Shown: positions 40,601-49,752, counted from the first letter of the stretch. The stretch: 64,000 nucleotides of DNA from an uncultured Acidobacteriota bacterium (GCA_963699175.1 OY969418.1:1666791-1730790), one strand, 5' to 3'. Translations and numbers: made by a program. The notes: generated by a model not told the origin, from the sequence alone.

Positions 40601-43600
40601 GAAGGACAGGCGGTCACGCTTTCGGCAGCCAATCTGCCGTTGGGCGCAAACTTCAATTCGGCCAATGGACAATTCACTTGGACGCCGACCTGCACGCAAG
40701 CCGGTGGCTTCACGGTGAGCTTCACTGCGACGGACAGCGGCAATCCGCCGAAGAGCGACACACGGACGCTTTCGATCTTGGTCAACAGCGTCACCACGCC
40801 GCCAAACATCAACACGCTGCAAAACGTGTACAACATTGCCGAAGGCCAACAGTTGATCTTCAATGTGTCGGCCTCGCCGAGTTGTCCGAACCAGAACGTG
40901 GTGCTCAATTCGGCCAATCTGCCGTCCGGTGCGACCTTTGGGCCGCCTAGCACTACCGCAGGCACGGTCACGCGCGAATTCCGCTGGACGCCGAGCTTCA
41001 CGCAGGCGGGCACGTATAACGTCACTTTCACGGCTAACGACACGGTCAATCCGAACGCCGTCGCCACCCGCGTTGTGACCATCAACGTGGTTGACTTCAA
41101 CCTCGATCCGAGCCTGAACGTGCCCAGCCCCTCGCCCACCGTCAACGTCGGCTCGCAGCTTGTCTTCAACGTCACTGCCACCGACCCCGACTCAGGGCAG
41201 GTAGTTACGCTGACCGTACAAAACATACCGGCGGGCGCGCTCTTCAACACCACGCCCGGCAATCCGGCGACGGGCCAGTTCATCTGGACGCCGAACTTCG
41301 CGCAGTTGAGCAATTTCACCGTGAACTTCGTGGCGACTGACAACGGTCAGCCCGCGCGCAGTGTGATCAAACCCGTCACTATCCTCGTCACCGGTGATTG
41401 CCAACCCGTTCTCAACGTGCCCAGCCCGCAGACCGCGGTCGAAGGGCTGCCGCTCACGTTCTTCGTGCAGGGGTCGCCGAAATGTCCGGGTCAGGTGGTG
41501 ACGCTCGGCGCACCGAGCTTGCCGCCACGCGCGACCTTCAACCCGCTGACCGGCGAGTTTAGCTGGACGCCGAACATTGGCGAGGCTGCCGTCTACACGG
41601 CGACCTTCACGGCCACCGACAACAGCACACCGCCGCGCGTCACGTCGAAGCCCGTCGTGATCACGGTCGTGCCCAACCGCGCGCCGATAGCCAACAACCA
41701 GAGCGTGACACTCGACGAAGACACGCAGAAGACGATCACGCTGACGGCGGTTGATCCTGAAAATCAGCCGCTCACTTTCGGCATCGTCCAACCGCCTGCG
41801 CACGGCACGTTGATCGCCACGGGCACTAATGGGGTGTTCATCTACACGCCGGTCGCTAACTACAATGGCCCAGACTCATTCACGTTCAAGGCCAACGACG
41901 GCAAGCTGGACAGCACGCCCGCGACCGTTTCGATCACGGTCAATCCGGTCAACGACACGCCGACGGTCACTTCGCAGAATCTCGCCATCAGCGAAGACAC
42001 GCCAATCAGCGTTACGCTGCAAGGCAACGACGTGGACGGCGACCCGCTGACCTTCGCCATCACGAAACAGCCGAGCCACGGCACGCTTTCCGGCACTGCG
42101 CCAACGCTGATCTACACTCCGGTGGCGAATTACTTCGGCCCGGATGATTTCAGGTTCAAGGCCAACGACGGCAAGGGCGATAGCGCCGAAGGGGTCATCT
42201 CAATCACGATCACTTCGGTCAACGACACGCCGAACATCACGGTGCCCGGCCCGCAAACCGTCACCACCAGCTCGCCGGTCAACTTCACCGTGACGGCTTC
42301 GGACGTTGACGTGAACGACGTGTTGACGATCACAGCAACTAACCTGCCGACTGGCGCGACGCTCACGCAGACCAACTCGACGGCGGCGAACGCCTCCGCG
42401 CAGTTCGCGTGGACGCCCACCGAGGCTCAGGCTGGCAGCTTCACCATCACCTTCACTGTCACAGACAACGGTTTGCCTGCGTTGAGCCAGAGCAAGACCG
42501 TCACCATCGTGGTCAATCCGGTCACCACACCGATCACGATTGACGCGCCGATGGAGGTGACAGTCGCCGAAAACCAGCCGGTCAGCTTCACTGTCACGGC
42601 TAGCGGCGGCACGATAGGTCAAACCTTCACGCTCAGCGCTTCCAACCTGCCAGCGGGCGCGACCTTCCCAGCAGCGACCAACAGCGGCAACTCGGTCAGC
42701 CAGACCTTCAACTGGACGCCTACCTTCGCCCAGGCGGGAACGTATGACATTACGTTCACCGCTCAGCGTGGCGCGACGCCGGTGAGCAAGGTCACGCGCA
42801 TCATCGTGACCAATGTCTGCCGTCCACCCGTGTTGACCCAGCCCAGCACTCCGGTCAACGTGCCAGAAGGTCAGGCGATCAGTTTCACCGTCACGGCCAC
42901 TGATCCTGACACGGGCGAGACGCTGACCTTGTCCGCCACCAATCTGCCGACTGGCGCGACCTTCCCGGTCGCCACCAGCACCAACGGCACGGTGACGCAA
43001 ACCTTTAATTGGACGCCCTCCGGCACTCAGGCAGGCACTTACACTGTCAACTTCGTAGTGACAGATAATTGCTCGCCGACCACGGGCACCGATACGAAGA
43101 GCGTCACGTTCAACATCAGCAACATCAACCAACCACCGGTCGCCAACTCGCAAACTGGCGATCAAAAGGTAGTCACGCCCGAAAACACGCCGAAGCCGAT
43201 CACCTTGACCGGCAGCGATCCCGACGGCGATCTGCTCAGCTTCATCCTGGTCACACAGCCACAACACGGTACGTTGTCGGGCACGGCGCCCAACGTTACC
43301 TACACACCCAACACGGACTTCAACGGCACCGACTCGTTCACCTTCAAGGTCAACGACGGCCAGGTGGACAGCAACACTGCCACGGTCGAGATACTCGTCT
43401 CGTCCGTGTGTAGCGCGCCCGTGTTGACCGTGCCTGGAGCCCAAACCATCTCACTGACCTTGCCGCAGGATTGCAACCAGCCACCCGTCGCCCAACCGCT
43501 GACCTTCACCGTCACGGCCAACGACGCGGACACTGGCGACATCATCACGCTGGCAGCGCAGAACCTGCCGTCGGGCGCAACCTTCACGCAGACCAACAAC

Positions 43601-44668
43601 ACGGCGGGTGCCGCCTCCGGCACCTTCACCTTCACGCCGTCACCCTTCAACGAAGCGGGCCAGTTCACGGTGACCTTCACCGCTAGCGACAACTGCACGA
43701 CGCCGCAAACGGTGATGAAGACGGTCAACATCACGCTGACCATCCCCAACTCGCCAACGCGCTGGGTGCCCACCAACATTCCGAAGGCGGGCGCAGTCAC
43801 CACACTGTTGCGCAACGGCAACAACCTCTACGCAGCAATCGCCGGTGGCGGCTTCTTCCTCTCGACCAACAACGGCTTAACTTGGCCGCGCATTGATCAG
43901 TCGGGGTTGAACGGCGCAGACATCCGCGCGCTGGCGCTGAAGACTGTGGGCCAGAGCGCCTTCATCTTCGCCGGCTCGGCGGGCGGTGGCGTCTATCGTT
44001 CCAACGATAATGGCGTCACCTGGACGCAGTTCTCCAACTTGGGCAACAACTTCGTGCGGGCGCTCGCGGTCAGCAGTGATGGCACCGTCTTCGCCGGCAC
44101 GCAAGGCGGCGGCGTCTTCTTCTCGACGAACGACGGCTCAAGCTGGACGGCGTACAACGGAGGCTTAGGCGGTGATCTGAACATCTACGCCTTGCTCGTT
44201 ATCGGCACTGGCGCGAATGCCCGCATCTACGCCGGTACGGAGGCCAGCGGCGTCTTCTCGCTGCCCGTGAACGCACTCAACGGCAGCGGCGATCCCTGGG
44301 TCGCCGTAGGCACAGGCTTGCCGGCGATTCGTATCAACACGCTCGAAGTCAGCGCGGATGGCAATACGCTCTACGCCGGAACAAATGGCAACGGCGTCTT
44401 CCGCGTTTCGGTCAACAATCCGGGCAGTTGGCAGAACATCAGCACGGGCCTCGATAACACAACGATCAATGACCTGCTCGTTGTGAGCAACACACTCTAC
44501 GCAGCGACGGGCGGAGGCGTCTTCCGCTTCGACGAAGGCTTGGGCGTGTGGCTGGCGATCAATGAATGCCTGCCAAACACCGAGATCAATTCGCTCGCCA
44601 CCAGCAGCGCCAGCACGAAGCTGTTTGCGGCGACGAATGATGCGCGGGTGTTTATCAGGCCGCTGTAG
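37613..44668 (+). CDS. giant surface adhesin-like protein: TIGR03437 (Soli_cterm)-like domain, IPT/CarbopepD_reg-like, ~12 Ig/cadherin-like (He_PIG/VCBS) repeats, C-terminal BNR/Asp-box beta-propeller
   Basis: RBS GGAGGTG. N-terminal TM/signal. VVSAATFEIAPVAPDSIVAAFGANLA...FAQLFFVAPTQVNFLVP...GNATVTITT fits the Soli_cterm pattern. Repeats of the form APVLTVPGPQTV...TFTAT.DSG.P.LS and NRAPIA..QTVTLDE...TPN..Y.G.DSFTF.ANDGK.DS. The C-terminus carries SxDxGxTW Asp-box motifs (SNDNGVTWTQ, STNDGSSWTA). The track ORF starts at 37601. Confidence 0.75.
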   Translation: MSLPSGKSLVAFFSNLVRNYRLQVFILFIAATLLSVQPMHASLNQAGNPPAKAQHEINASQPSARGLWQTLKGHFNSSRPVPISAAPVLQGLPVTVVSAATFEIAPVAPDSIVAAFGANLATRVEVATSTPLPTSLAGTTVRVRDSQGAERFAQLFFVAPTQVNFLVPADTATGNATVTITTSEGLVSTGQVQIARVAPALFTVNASGKGLPTGFALRVAPNGTQSQQVFSRFDAAQNRFLPVPVDLLTENDQVFLVLFGTGFRGRNSLNDVTVRLGGLEGAAVPVQFAGRQGGSPGLDQLNVGPINRGEVRTRLAGRGLINLTLSVVDPSNGTQKLSNPTELELAGVSQGAPPTVGEPSQQNFTTGQTVTITGGSFVAGSTTANRVRIGSQLAQIISATSNQLTIQLPYGVGTGRITVTTPTGEASTNNSLQITTSVSGIVETSDRLPLSGVVVRALITGEQTTTRPDGSFILPININPPPNTFFTTLQISPQGVQGFQNYGTLSIRVEVATRRDNRLSAPISLNPPNGRSTGAGGEINLSIPTFACGASDTATPSNVTFHLDAGAIMQFPADAPVSQLTLSQVLNCRTPKPLPPSVYSSRIVQLTPLGTRFIPGGQLIFPNPENFAAGTQLRLFRLDQRSDSPTLGSFIDIGAATVSSDRQRIESGAQAITEGGIYLVALQPVSVTSVTGRVVERISDTLSVPVPGALVQVRGQATFTDGDGAFVLRNVPLNSEPVTVEASLLRPDGRADAVLRVLSSGVIRPGGVTMVTPDLFFASLSSPTNRAPIATSQTVTLDENTSKTIFLSAGDPDGNPLRYIITPPQRGTLTGAPPNVIYTPNQFYSGSDNFTFRVNDGKADSNTAVVAITINHINHAPVLTVPGPQTVKKNQNITFEVSATDVDLGDTISITAPNRPPGSSFIESTRRFTWTPSCTQVGTFTATFAAVDSGRPALSDVKSVQITVLDDNCSPTLILPGPQTVNQGQLLAFTVGANDPEGQAVTLSAANLPLGANFNSANGQFTWTPTCTQAGGFTVSFTATDSGNPPKSDTRTLSILVNSVTTPPNINTLQNVYNIAEGQQLIFNVSASPSCPNQNVVLNSANLPSGATFGPPSTTAGTVTREFRWTPSFTQAGTYNVTFTANDTVNPNAVATRVVTINVVDFNLDPSLNVPSPSPTVNVGSQLVFNVTATDPDSGQVVTLTVQNIPAGALFNTTPGNPATGQFIWTPNFAQLSNFTVNFVATDNGQPARSVIKPVTILVTGDCQPVLNVPSPQTAVEGLPLTFFVQGSPKCPGQVVTLGAPSLPPRATFNPLTGEFSWTPNIGEAAVYTATFTATDNSTPPRVTSKPVVITVVPNRAPIANNQSVTLDEDTQKTITLTAVDPENQPLTFGIVQPPAHGTLIATGTNGVFIYTPVANYNGPDSFTFKANDGKLDSTPATVSITVNPVNDTPTVTSQNLAISEDTPISVTLQGNDVDGDPLTFAITKQPSHGTLSGTAPTLIYTPVANYFGPDDFRFKANDGKGDSAEGVISITITSVNDTPNITVPGPQTVTTSSPVNFTVTASDVDVNDVLTITATNLPTGATLTQTNSTAANASAQFAWTPTEAQAGSFTITFTVTDNGLPALSQSKTVTIVVNPVTTPITIDAPMEVTVAENQPVSFTVTASGGTIGQTFTLSASNLPAGATFPAATNSGNSVSQTFNWTPTFAQAGTYDITFTAQRGATPVSKVTRIIVTNVCRPPVLTQPSTPVNVPEGQAISFTVTATDPDTGETLTLSATNLPTGATFPVATSTNGTVTQTFNWTPSGTQAGTYTVNFVVTDNCSPTTGTDTKSVTFNISNINQPPVANSQTGDQKVVTPENTPKPITLTGSDPDGDLLSFILVTQPQHGTLSGTAPNVTYTPNTDFNGTDSFTFKVNDGQVDSNTATVEILVSSVCSAPVLTVPGAQTISLTLPQDCNQPPVAQPLTFTVTANDADTGDIITLAAQNLPSGATFTQTNNTAGAASGTFTFTPSPFNEAGQFTVTFTASDNCTTPQTVMKTVNITLTIPNSPTRWVPTNIPKAGAVTTLLRNGNNLYAAIAGGGFFLSTNNGLTWPRIDQSGLNGADIRALALKTVGQSAFIFAGSAGGGVYRSNDNGVTWTQFSNLGNNFVRALAVSSDGTVFAGTQGGGVFFSTNDGSSWTAYNGGLGGDLNIYALLVIGTGANARIYAGTEASGVFSLPVNALNGSGDPWVAVGTGLPAIRINTLEVSADGNTLYAGTNGNGVFRVSVNNPGSWQNISTGLDNTTINDLLVVSNTLYAATGGGVFRFDEGLGVWLAINECLPNTEINSLATSSASTKLFAATNDARVFIRPL

Positions 44669-44693
44669 GGTTGTTTTGGTGATTAACTGAAAT

Positions 44694-44726
44694 GGGGAGC
44701 GCAAAGATTGCGCTCCCCATTTTTTT
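44694..44726 (+). terminator. Rho-independent terminator of the giant adhesin gene
   Basis: GGGGAGCGC-AAAGATT-GCGCTCCCC followed by ATTTTTTT. Confidence 0.8.
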
Positions 44727-44798
44727 GCAGCCAACACTCAGCGATGGATAGAAAACGTGGGACGATCACTTTCCAATCAGCGAATTGGATTCCTTGGC

Positions 44799-45200
44799 TC
44801 AAATAAACAGTTCAGATGAGACGTGAAAGAAGTCAGCCAGTTTCTTGGCTTGCGCCTTGCTGATGGCGCGCACCCCGTTGACGGCTTCAGCCGCCCGTTC
44901 GCCTGAACCGAATAACGGCGCCAAGACTTCCTGCTGCAACCCGCGGGCTTCCAGCAAATGCTGTATGACTTGATGCGGCGCTGTTGGTTCAATCGGATAG
45001 TGTTCTTCTTCGTAGTCCTGAATCAGTTTCACGAGCAGATCGAAGAGCTTTACTTCTTCCGGCGACAGGTCGGCTTCACGGCTCATCATTAGCTCAACGA
45101 CCGCCAGCAAGCGTTCATATTCAGCTTCGCTCTCGATGATTTGGGGAAGCGTCGCAGCCAACCAGTCCGCATACTTCTTCGGGCTATATTTAGCAGTCAT
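44799..45200 (-). CDS. HigA-family / Xre-type HTH protein (COG5499-like antitoxin)
   Basis: 133 aa. The C-terminal HTH (LQQEVLAPLFGSGERAAEAVNGVRAISKAQAKKLADFFHVSSELFI) is typical of HigA-like antitoxins. It lies directly downstream of a 460-aa nuclease-like protein instead of a HigB. Confidence 0.6.
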   Translation of the reverse strand: MTAKYSPKKYADWLAATLPQIIESEAEYERLLAVVELMMSREADLSPEEVKLFDLLVKLIQDYEEEHYPIEPTAPHQVIQHLLEARGLQQEVLAPLFGSGERAAEAVNGVRAISKAQAKKLADFFHVSSELFI

Positions 45201-45270
45201 CTTTCCACCTCTCTCGGTCGTATTCGGCGTGGGTTAAAACGTATTTGATGAAGATCGTTTGACGCAAAAT

Positions 45271-46653
45271 CTACCGCAACACCCGCTCCCGCATCCGCCA
45301 CAAACTCTGCGCCGTGAAAGGCTCGCCGTCAAAGACGATCTGCTTCATCCCTTTGCCCTGCCGCTGCAAATACTCCGTCACGTTCATCCACTGGATGCGC
45401 CCGTCGCCGTCACGCACAACTAACATCACGGGGTGAACGCTGGCCCGCCACTGCTCAGCATAATCCGCTTTGGCGATGGTAAAGACCCACCGTTCGCCCT
45501 GCTTGGACAGCGTGAAGTATTCGTCCGATTTGAATTGCAAGTAGACGCGCCGACCGCTCGGTTCGCCTTGGTCGTTCTTGAATTCGATCTCACCGTCAAT
45601 GCCCCAATCGGCCCCGATGGTTGGCCTGAAAATCTGCCCGGCCTCTGCGGCAATAGCCAGGGCGTGCGCTACCAGCAGCAATTCACGGCTCTGGTTATCA
45701 ATCGTGAGGCGGGACTTCTCCTCCAAGCCGCGCACCTCTTGCTGGATTCGCTCCGAAGCAAATTTCTCTTCAATCAGGTCGCGCAGCACAATCGGCTTAC
45801 TACAAAACTGGCAAGGAATTTTCTTCTTGCCGCTCTCAACCGCTTTCTGAATCGCGCGGGTGCTTTCCACCGGCTCACCGCATTTGGGATATGGGCAAAC
45901 GTAGTGGCGCAGGCGGACGACGTGCGGATCCTTCGCCTTCAAATGGTCGTGGATGTAGCGAATGAAAGTTACCTTGGTATCTTCGTTCGCGTGCGGCTCG
46001 CAATAAACCGTGAGTTCGGCGGCTCCTTCGGCCTTCTTGGTCATTTTGAAACCGACGCGCCGGTTGGCATGCGTTCTGAAATCAGCCGCGAAGCGCCAGA
46101 GCCACTTCTCGCCCGTCTCGAAAGCAGCGGTGTGCCGCAGTTTCACCACCAGCGTCGCGTAAATCTCGTCGAGCGGCCCGCTGAATTGATACGTCACCAG
46201 CGCCGACGGATGATCCGGCTGATCGGGCCGTTCGCGCTTGAAGTAGGAGGGAAATACCAGCAACGTGCCAGCCTCAGTATGTTCGCGCAGGCAGAGGCCA
46301 TGATCCACGAGAATTTGGTGCATGGCCCGCAAGACGATCTGCTCTTCGTCGGCTGGCAACCGCTCCATTTTCTCTTTGTCAGCTTTCTGATAGTCGAGGT
46401 CTCCGACCAGCACGCGCTCTTCAGAAATACAGCCGATCTCATCCGTGTGAGCGCGCACGGAACGAATCACTGCCGCCGCGTAAGCGTTGATGCGTTCGGG
46501 CTGAAGCAGTACGAAGTCACCGAACTCCAATTGCCAGACGATGCCTGGCCCGGCCAGCAAGCCCACCACCGCCCGCAACTCTTCCGGCGTGAAGCTTTCG
46601 CCCGGCAGCCGCATTTCAAGCTGCTGCTTCAACTCGCCCATCCGCAGCAACAC
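45271..46653 (-). CDS. 460-aa protein: unknown N-terminal region, C4 zinc ribbon, C-terminal DUF4365-like PD-(D/E)xK nuclease-fold domain
   Basis: CPYPKCGEP...CQFCSKP zinc ribbon. C-terminal GADWGIDGEIEF...RRVYLQFKSDE resembles the DUF4365 signature (D..IDG.IE ... QxK). The start is GTG at 46653 or ATG at 46641. No P-loop seen. Confidence 0.5.
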   Translation of the reverse strand: MLLRMGELKQQLEMRLPGESFTPEELRAVVGLLAGPGIVWQLEFGDFVLLQPERINAYAAAVIRSVRAHTDEIGCISEERVLVGDLDYQKADKEKMERLPADEEQIVLRAMHQILVDHGLCLREHTEAGTLLVFPSYFKRERPDQPDHPSALVTYQFSGPLDEIYATLVVKLRHTAAFETGEKWLWRFAADFRTHANRRVGFKMTKKAEGAAELTVYCEPHANEDTKVTFIRYIHDHLKAKDPHVVRLRHYVCPYPKCGEPVESTRAIQKAVESGKKKIPCQFCSKPIVLRDLIEEKFASERIQQEVRGLEEKSRLTIDNQSRELLLVAHALAIAAEAGQIFRPTIGADWGIDGEIEFKNDQGEPSGRRVYLQFKSDEYFTLSKQGERWVFTIAKADYAEQWRASVHPVMLVVRDGDGRIQWMNVTEYLQRQGKGMKQIVFDGEPFTAQSLWRMRERVLR

Positions 46654-46785
46654 GCGGCCTTCGTCCCTGAGCTTGACGATCTCTTCCTTGATATGTCACA
46701 TGTCCGCGCGGCAGGCGACAAGGAACAATCTACTCATTGTGTCCAATTTGATTTTCAGGACTTCCGATTCGGAGATAAGTTCAAC

Positions 46786-49134
46786 ATGTCTATCAAACGC
46801 CCAGTACCGCATTCTTGGCCAGTGAATGTGCTGTTTGCTTTGTTTTTTGCATCTCTGAGCTTGTCGAGTTGTTCAGAGCAGCCGCGCCAAGGACAGTCAT
46901 CATCTGCCTCACCGAGTCCCCGCATTGAATTCATTTGGCAAACTAAACACGGCAATACTGTTAATTCAGTTGCTTTCTCACCCGATGGTAAAACGATTGT
47001 AAGCGGTAGTGATGACGGAACAGTCGCACTACTTGATGCAGACAAGGGAAAACTCAATCGGACTCTCACGCATAACAATGTTGTTAACTCAGTCGCTTTC
47101 TCACTTGATGGAGGCCTAATTGCGAGTGGCAGCAGTGACAAAACTGTCAAGATTTGGGATCCACATACAGCAGAGGTAAAGCGGATTCTGACTCACGATG
47201 ATGTTGTAACAGCAATTGCTTTCTCGCCGGATGGGAAGACGTTGGCAAGTGGAAACGACATTGACGAGACAGTTGTCGAAACAGTGAAATTATGGGACGT
47301 AGACACAGGTAAACAAAAACGAAGTTTAGTAGAAGATGATCTTAGCCGTGTACGACATTCTTCTGTAGTGAATTCGATTGCTTTTTCACCAGACGGGAAA
47401 TTGCTAGCACGAGCATTTACTCAAAACTGGATAACACTTTGGGAGGCACAAACAGGAAGGCTGGGGCAGCGGCTCGTGCGCCATGGCGCTACAGTGAATT
47501 CACTGCGTTTTTCCCGAGACAGCAAAATGATTGCGAGCGGAGGGAAAGACAGTTCAGTGATTCTGTGGGATGCGCAAACAGGAGAAGTGAAACGAGTTCT
47601 TAGACCGCGCAGGGCACACTGGGTTACTTCAGTTGCTTTCTCACCAGATAGCAAGACGGTGATGAGCGGAGGGCGTGATAAAACAATTAAGTTTTATGAT
47701 GTTGGAACAGGGGAGCTAAAAATGACCCTAACCAGCAACAATGCTGTAACCTCAATTGCGGTTTCGCCTGATGGGCAGGCTTTGGTAAGTGGCGATGAAG
47801 ACGGAATGGTAACGCTGTGGAATGCACGCATTGAGACACGACTAGCGACTTTGACCGGCAGCAAAAGCCCTGAAGTGACCGAAGGTTTTTGGGAGAGCGG
47901 CAGACAATGGATTCAAGCCCATAGAACATTTGCTATTGTTGCTACCCTTATTCTCCTTTGGTTAATTTCTGAAGCCATAGTTAGAAGACGGCGCTCATCA
48001 AATGCTAAGGTGAAGTCCCAAGAGCGTGATGCTTCGCCACACAATTTGAAGCAAACCTTTGATAAGGCTCGCGAAATCCAGAAATTAATTCGTAAGCTCT
48101 TGTCTGAAACCTCCTACGTAACTCCTGAGATCGTCTTGCGGGGCCACGATAAGGCGGTATATTCAGTTATTTTTTCCCCGGATAGCAAGGTAATTGCAAC
48201 TGCAGGTGATGACGGAAAAGTAATTCTATGGGATGTAGCAACAAAAGAGAAAAAATCCGTCTTGGATCATGGCCGGGGAGTTTTAGCACTTGCATTTTCA
48301 CGCGATGGGAAAGTCATAGCCAGTGGATCTATTGATGGCTTGGTGATCGTGTGGAATGCGATAACAGGTGAAGAAATACAGCCGTTCGACACGCAAACGG
48401 AACGGATTCTTGAAAAAGGAGCGAGAAAAACATGGCTGCAGGATGACGATATTCATAGGTGGAATAATGTTACCTCGCTTGCCTTCTCCTCAGACGGAAA
48501 AACGATTGCGAGCTGCGTCAATGGCGGGACGGTGAAGCTATGGGATTTGCAAACGATAAAGGCAAAAAAGACATTAGCTACGAAGACGCCGTTGTTCACG
48601 GTGGCATTCTCCCCTGAGGGAAGATATTTGGTTAGCGGGGGACACGAAATATCATCAAGGGAGGATGACATAGCATTGATATTGTGGGAGGTGCAAACCG
48701 GGGAAGAAAAATGCTCATTAAACGTGCGGAACGCCGGTGGCGTATTTTCCGCAGCGTTTTCGCCAGATGGAAGGGTGTTGGCGCTTGGCAATGACAATGA
48801 TTATGGCAGCGACCAAGCCAATGATGATAATGATGGCGACGCATCAGTTAGGTTGTATTCTCTGCAAAATGGGACTCTTACACAAAAGATGACGCTGAAC
48901 GGCCATAGCCAACCCGTGCGATCAATCGCCTTCTCACCAAATGGTGAGGTAATAGCTAGTGGCAGCGCTGATTGCACAGTGACATTGTGGGGAGTACAGG
49001 GGGTAAAGTGGCAACAGACGCTAAAACATGACGACACAATTACTTCTGTCACATTCTCACCAGACGGAAGTAGACTAGCTTGCGCAAGCGTAAATAAAAC
49101 AGTGAAAGTATGGCGAGTTCAGAGTAAGACCTAA
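46786..49134 (+). CDS. WD40-repeat lipoprotein with two 7-blade propellers separated by a TM helix
   Basis: MSIKRPVPHSWPVNVLFALFFASLSLSSC (lipobox LSSC). 7 WD40 blades (FSPDGKT...GSDDGTV...). TM TFAIVATLILLWLISEAIV plus RRRRSS. 7 more WD40 blades. GC (~45%) is far below that of its neighbours. The track's 45433..49134 ORF is an artefactual upstream extension. Confidence 0.75.
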   Translation: MSIKRPVPHSWPVNVLFALFFASLSLSSCSEQPRQGQSSSASPSPRIEFIWQTKHGNTVNSVAFSPDGKTIVSGSDDGTVALLDADKGKLNRTLTHNNVVNSVAFSLDGGLIASGSSDKTVKIWDPHTAEVKRILTHDDVVTAIAFSPDGKTLASGNDIDETVVETVKLWDVDTGKQKRSLVEDDLSRVRHSSVVNSIAFSPDGKLLARAFTQNWITLWEAQTGRLGQRLVRHGATVNSLRFSRDSKMIASGGKDSSVILWDAQTGEVKRVLRPRRAHWVTSVAFSPDSKTVMSGGRDKTIKFYDVGTGELKMTLTSNNAVTSIAVSPDGQALVSGDEDGMVTLWNARIETRLATLTGSKSPEVTEGFWESGRQWIQAHRTFAIVATLILLWLISEAIVRRRRSSNAKVKSQERDASPHNLKQTFDKAREIQKLIRKLLSETSYVTPEIVLRGHDKAVYSVIFSPDSKVIATAGDDGKVILWDVATKEKKSVLDHGRGVLALAFSRDGKVIASGSIDGLVIVWNAITGEEIQPFDTQTERILEKGARKTWLQDDDIHRWNNVTSLAFSSDGKTIASCVNGGTVKLWDLQTIKAKKTLATKTPLFTVAFSPEGRYLVSGGHEISSREDDIALILWEVQTGEEKCSLNVRNAGGVFSAAFSPDGRVLALGNDNDYGSDQANDDNDGDASVRLYSLQNGTLTQKMTLNGHSQPVRSIAFSPNGEVIASGSADCTVTLWGVQGVKWQQTLKHDDTITSVTFSPDGSRLACASVNKTVKVWRVQSKT

Positions 49135-49164
49135 GATCATAGACGACGCGCCGACCATCCGGCG

Positions 49165-49665
49165 TCACCGCCACTCCATACACACTGTCTGTATGCCATC
49201 TGAAACCTCGCTTGATCGCGCTTGGTCTTTCCGCTCGATCACACGCTCAGTCTCGGCTGCCGCCGGTCGGCAAGCGGCCAACAACCGGGCATACTGCTCC
49301 TCGGAGCGCTGCCGCCAATCCACATACGCGAATTGCTTGAGCGTATACGGGATCTCGGCGTCATCCAGGCGCACGGGGATGAAGCGGCCTTGCTGATTGG
49401 TCGGGTCGTTGAAAAGCGCCGACTGATGCTCGAACCTCACCCATTCCGACGCCGAGGCGTGCTGCGACATCATCAGCACGAGCGTCCGCGCCTGCTCCAA
49501 GCCCTCATGAATCCTGCGCAGGATCGCATCGCCCGGCTTGATCTCCGCTTCGTCGAACCACACGCGCAGCCCGTCCCGGCGCAACCGCTCGGCCAACTCG
49601 CGCACCGCCGGTTTGTCTTGGCTGCTGTGGCTGATGAAGACATCGTATTTGAATTGTTCGGCCAT
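49165..49665 (-). CDS. stand-alone TIR-domain protein
   Basis: MAEQFKYDVFISHSSQDKPAVRELAERLRRDGLRVWFDEAEIKPGD... is the canonical TIR N-terminus. A conserved Glu lies in SASEWVRFEHQ. 166 aa. Confidence 0.8.
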   Translation of the reverse strand: MAEQFKYDVFISHSSQDKPAVRELAERLRRDGLRVWFDEAEIKPGDAILRRIHEGLEQARTLVLMMSQHASASEWVRFEHQSALFNDPTNQQGRFIPVRLDDAEIPYTLKQFAYVDWRQRSEEQYARLLAACRPAAAETERVIERKDQARSSEVSDGIQTVCMEWR

Positions 49666-49752
49666 AGGCTTTGTCAGGTTGGTTTGGCAGTAAATTGAAG
49701 CCGGTGCTTATTTATCTCCGAGACTAGCAACACTTTGAACTGGCGCAGCCTG

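Noticed and set aside
38050-43824. Many 60-414-aa minus-strand ORFs inside the 2355-aa adhesin gene (for example 40282..41343, 39956..40849, 42200..43444, 43300..43824)
   Set aside because: They are antisense to a continuous, domain-rich plus-strand CDS in a high-GC region, a typical stop-codon-poor artefact. Arg/Gly/Asp-rich composition and no start signals.
45433-49134. 1233-aa plus-strand ORF in the track
   Set aside because: Its first ~450 codons run antisense through the well-supported minus-strand DUF4365-like gene and have no protein-like composition. The WD40 gene starts at the ATG at 46786 with a lipoprotein signal peptide.
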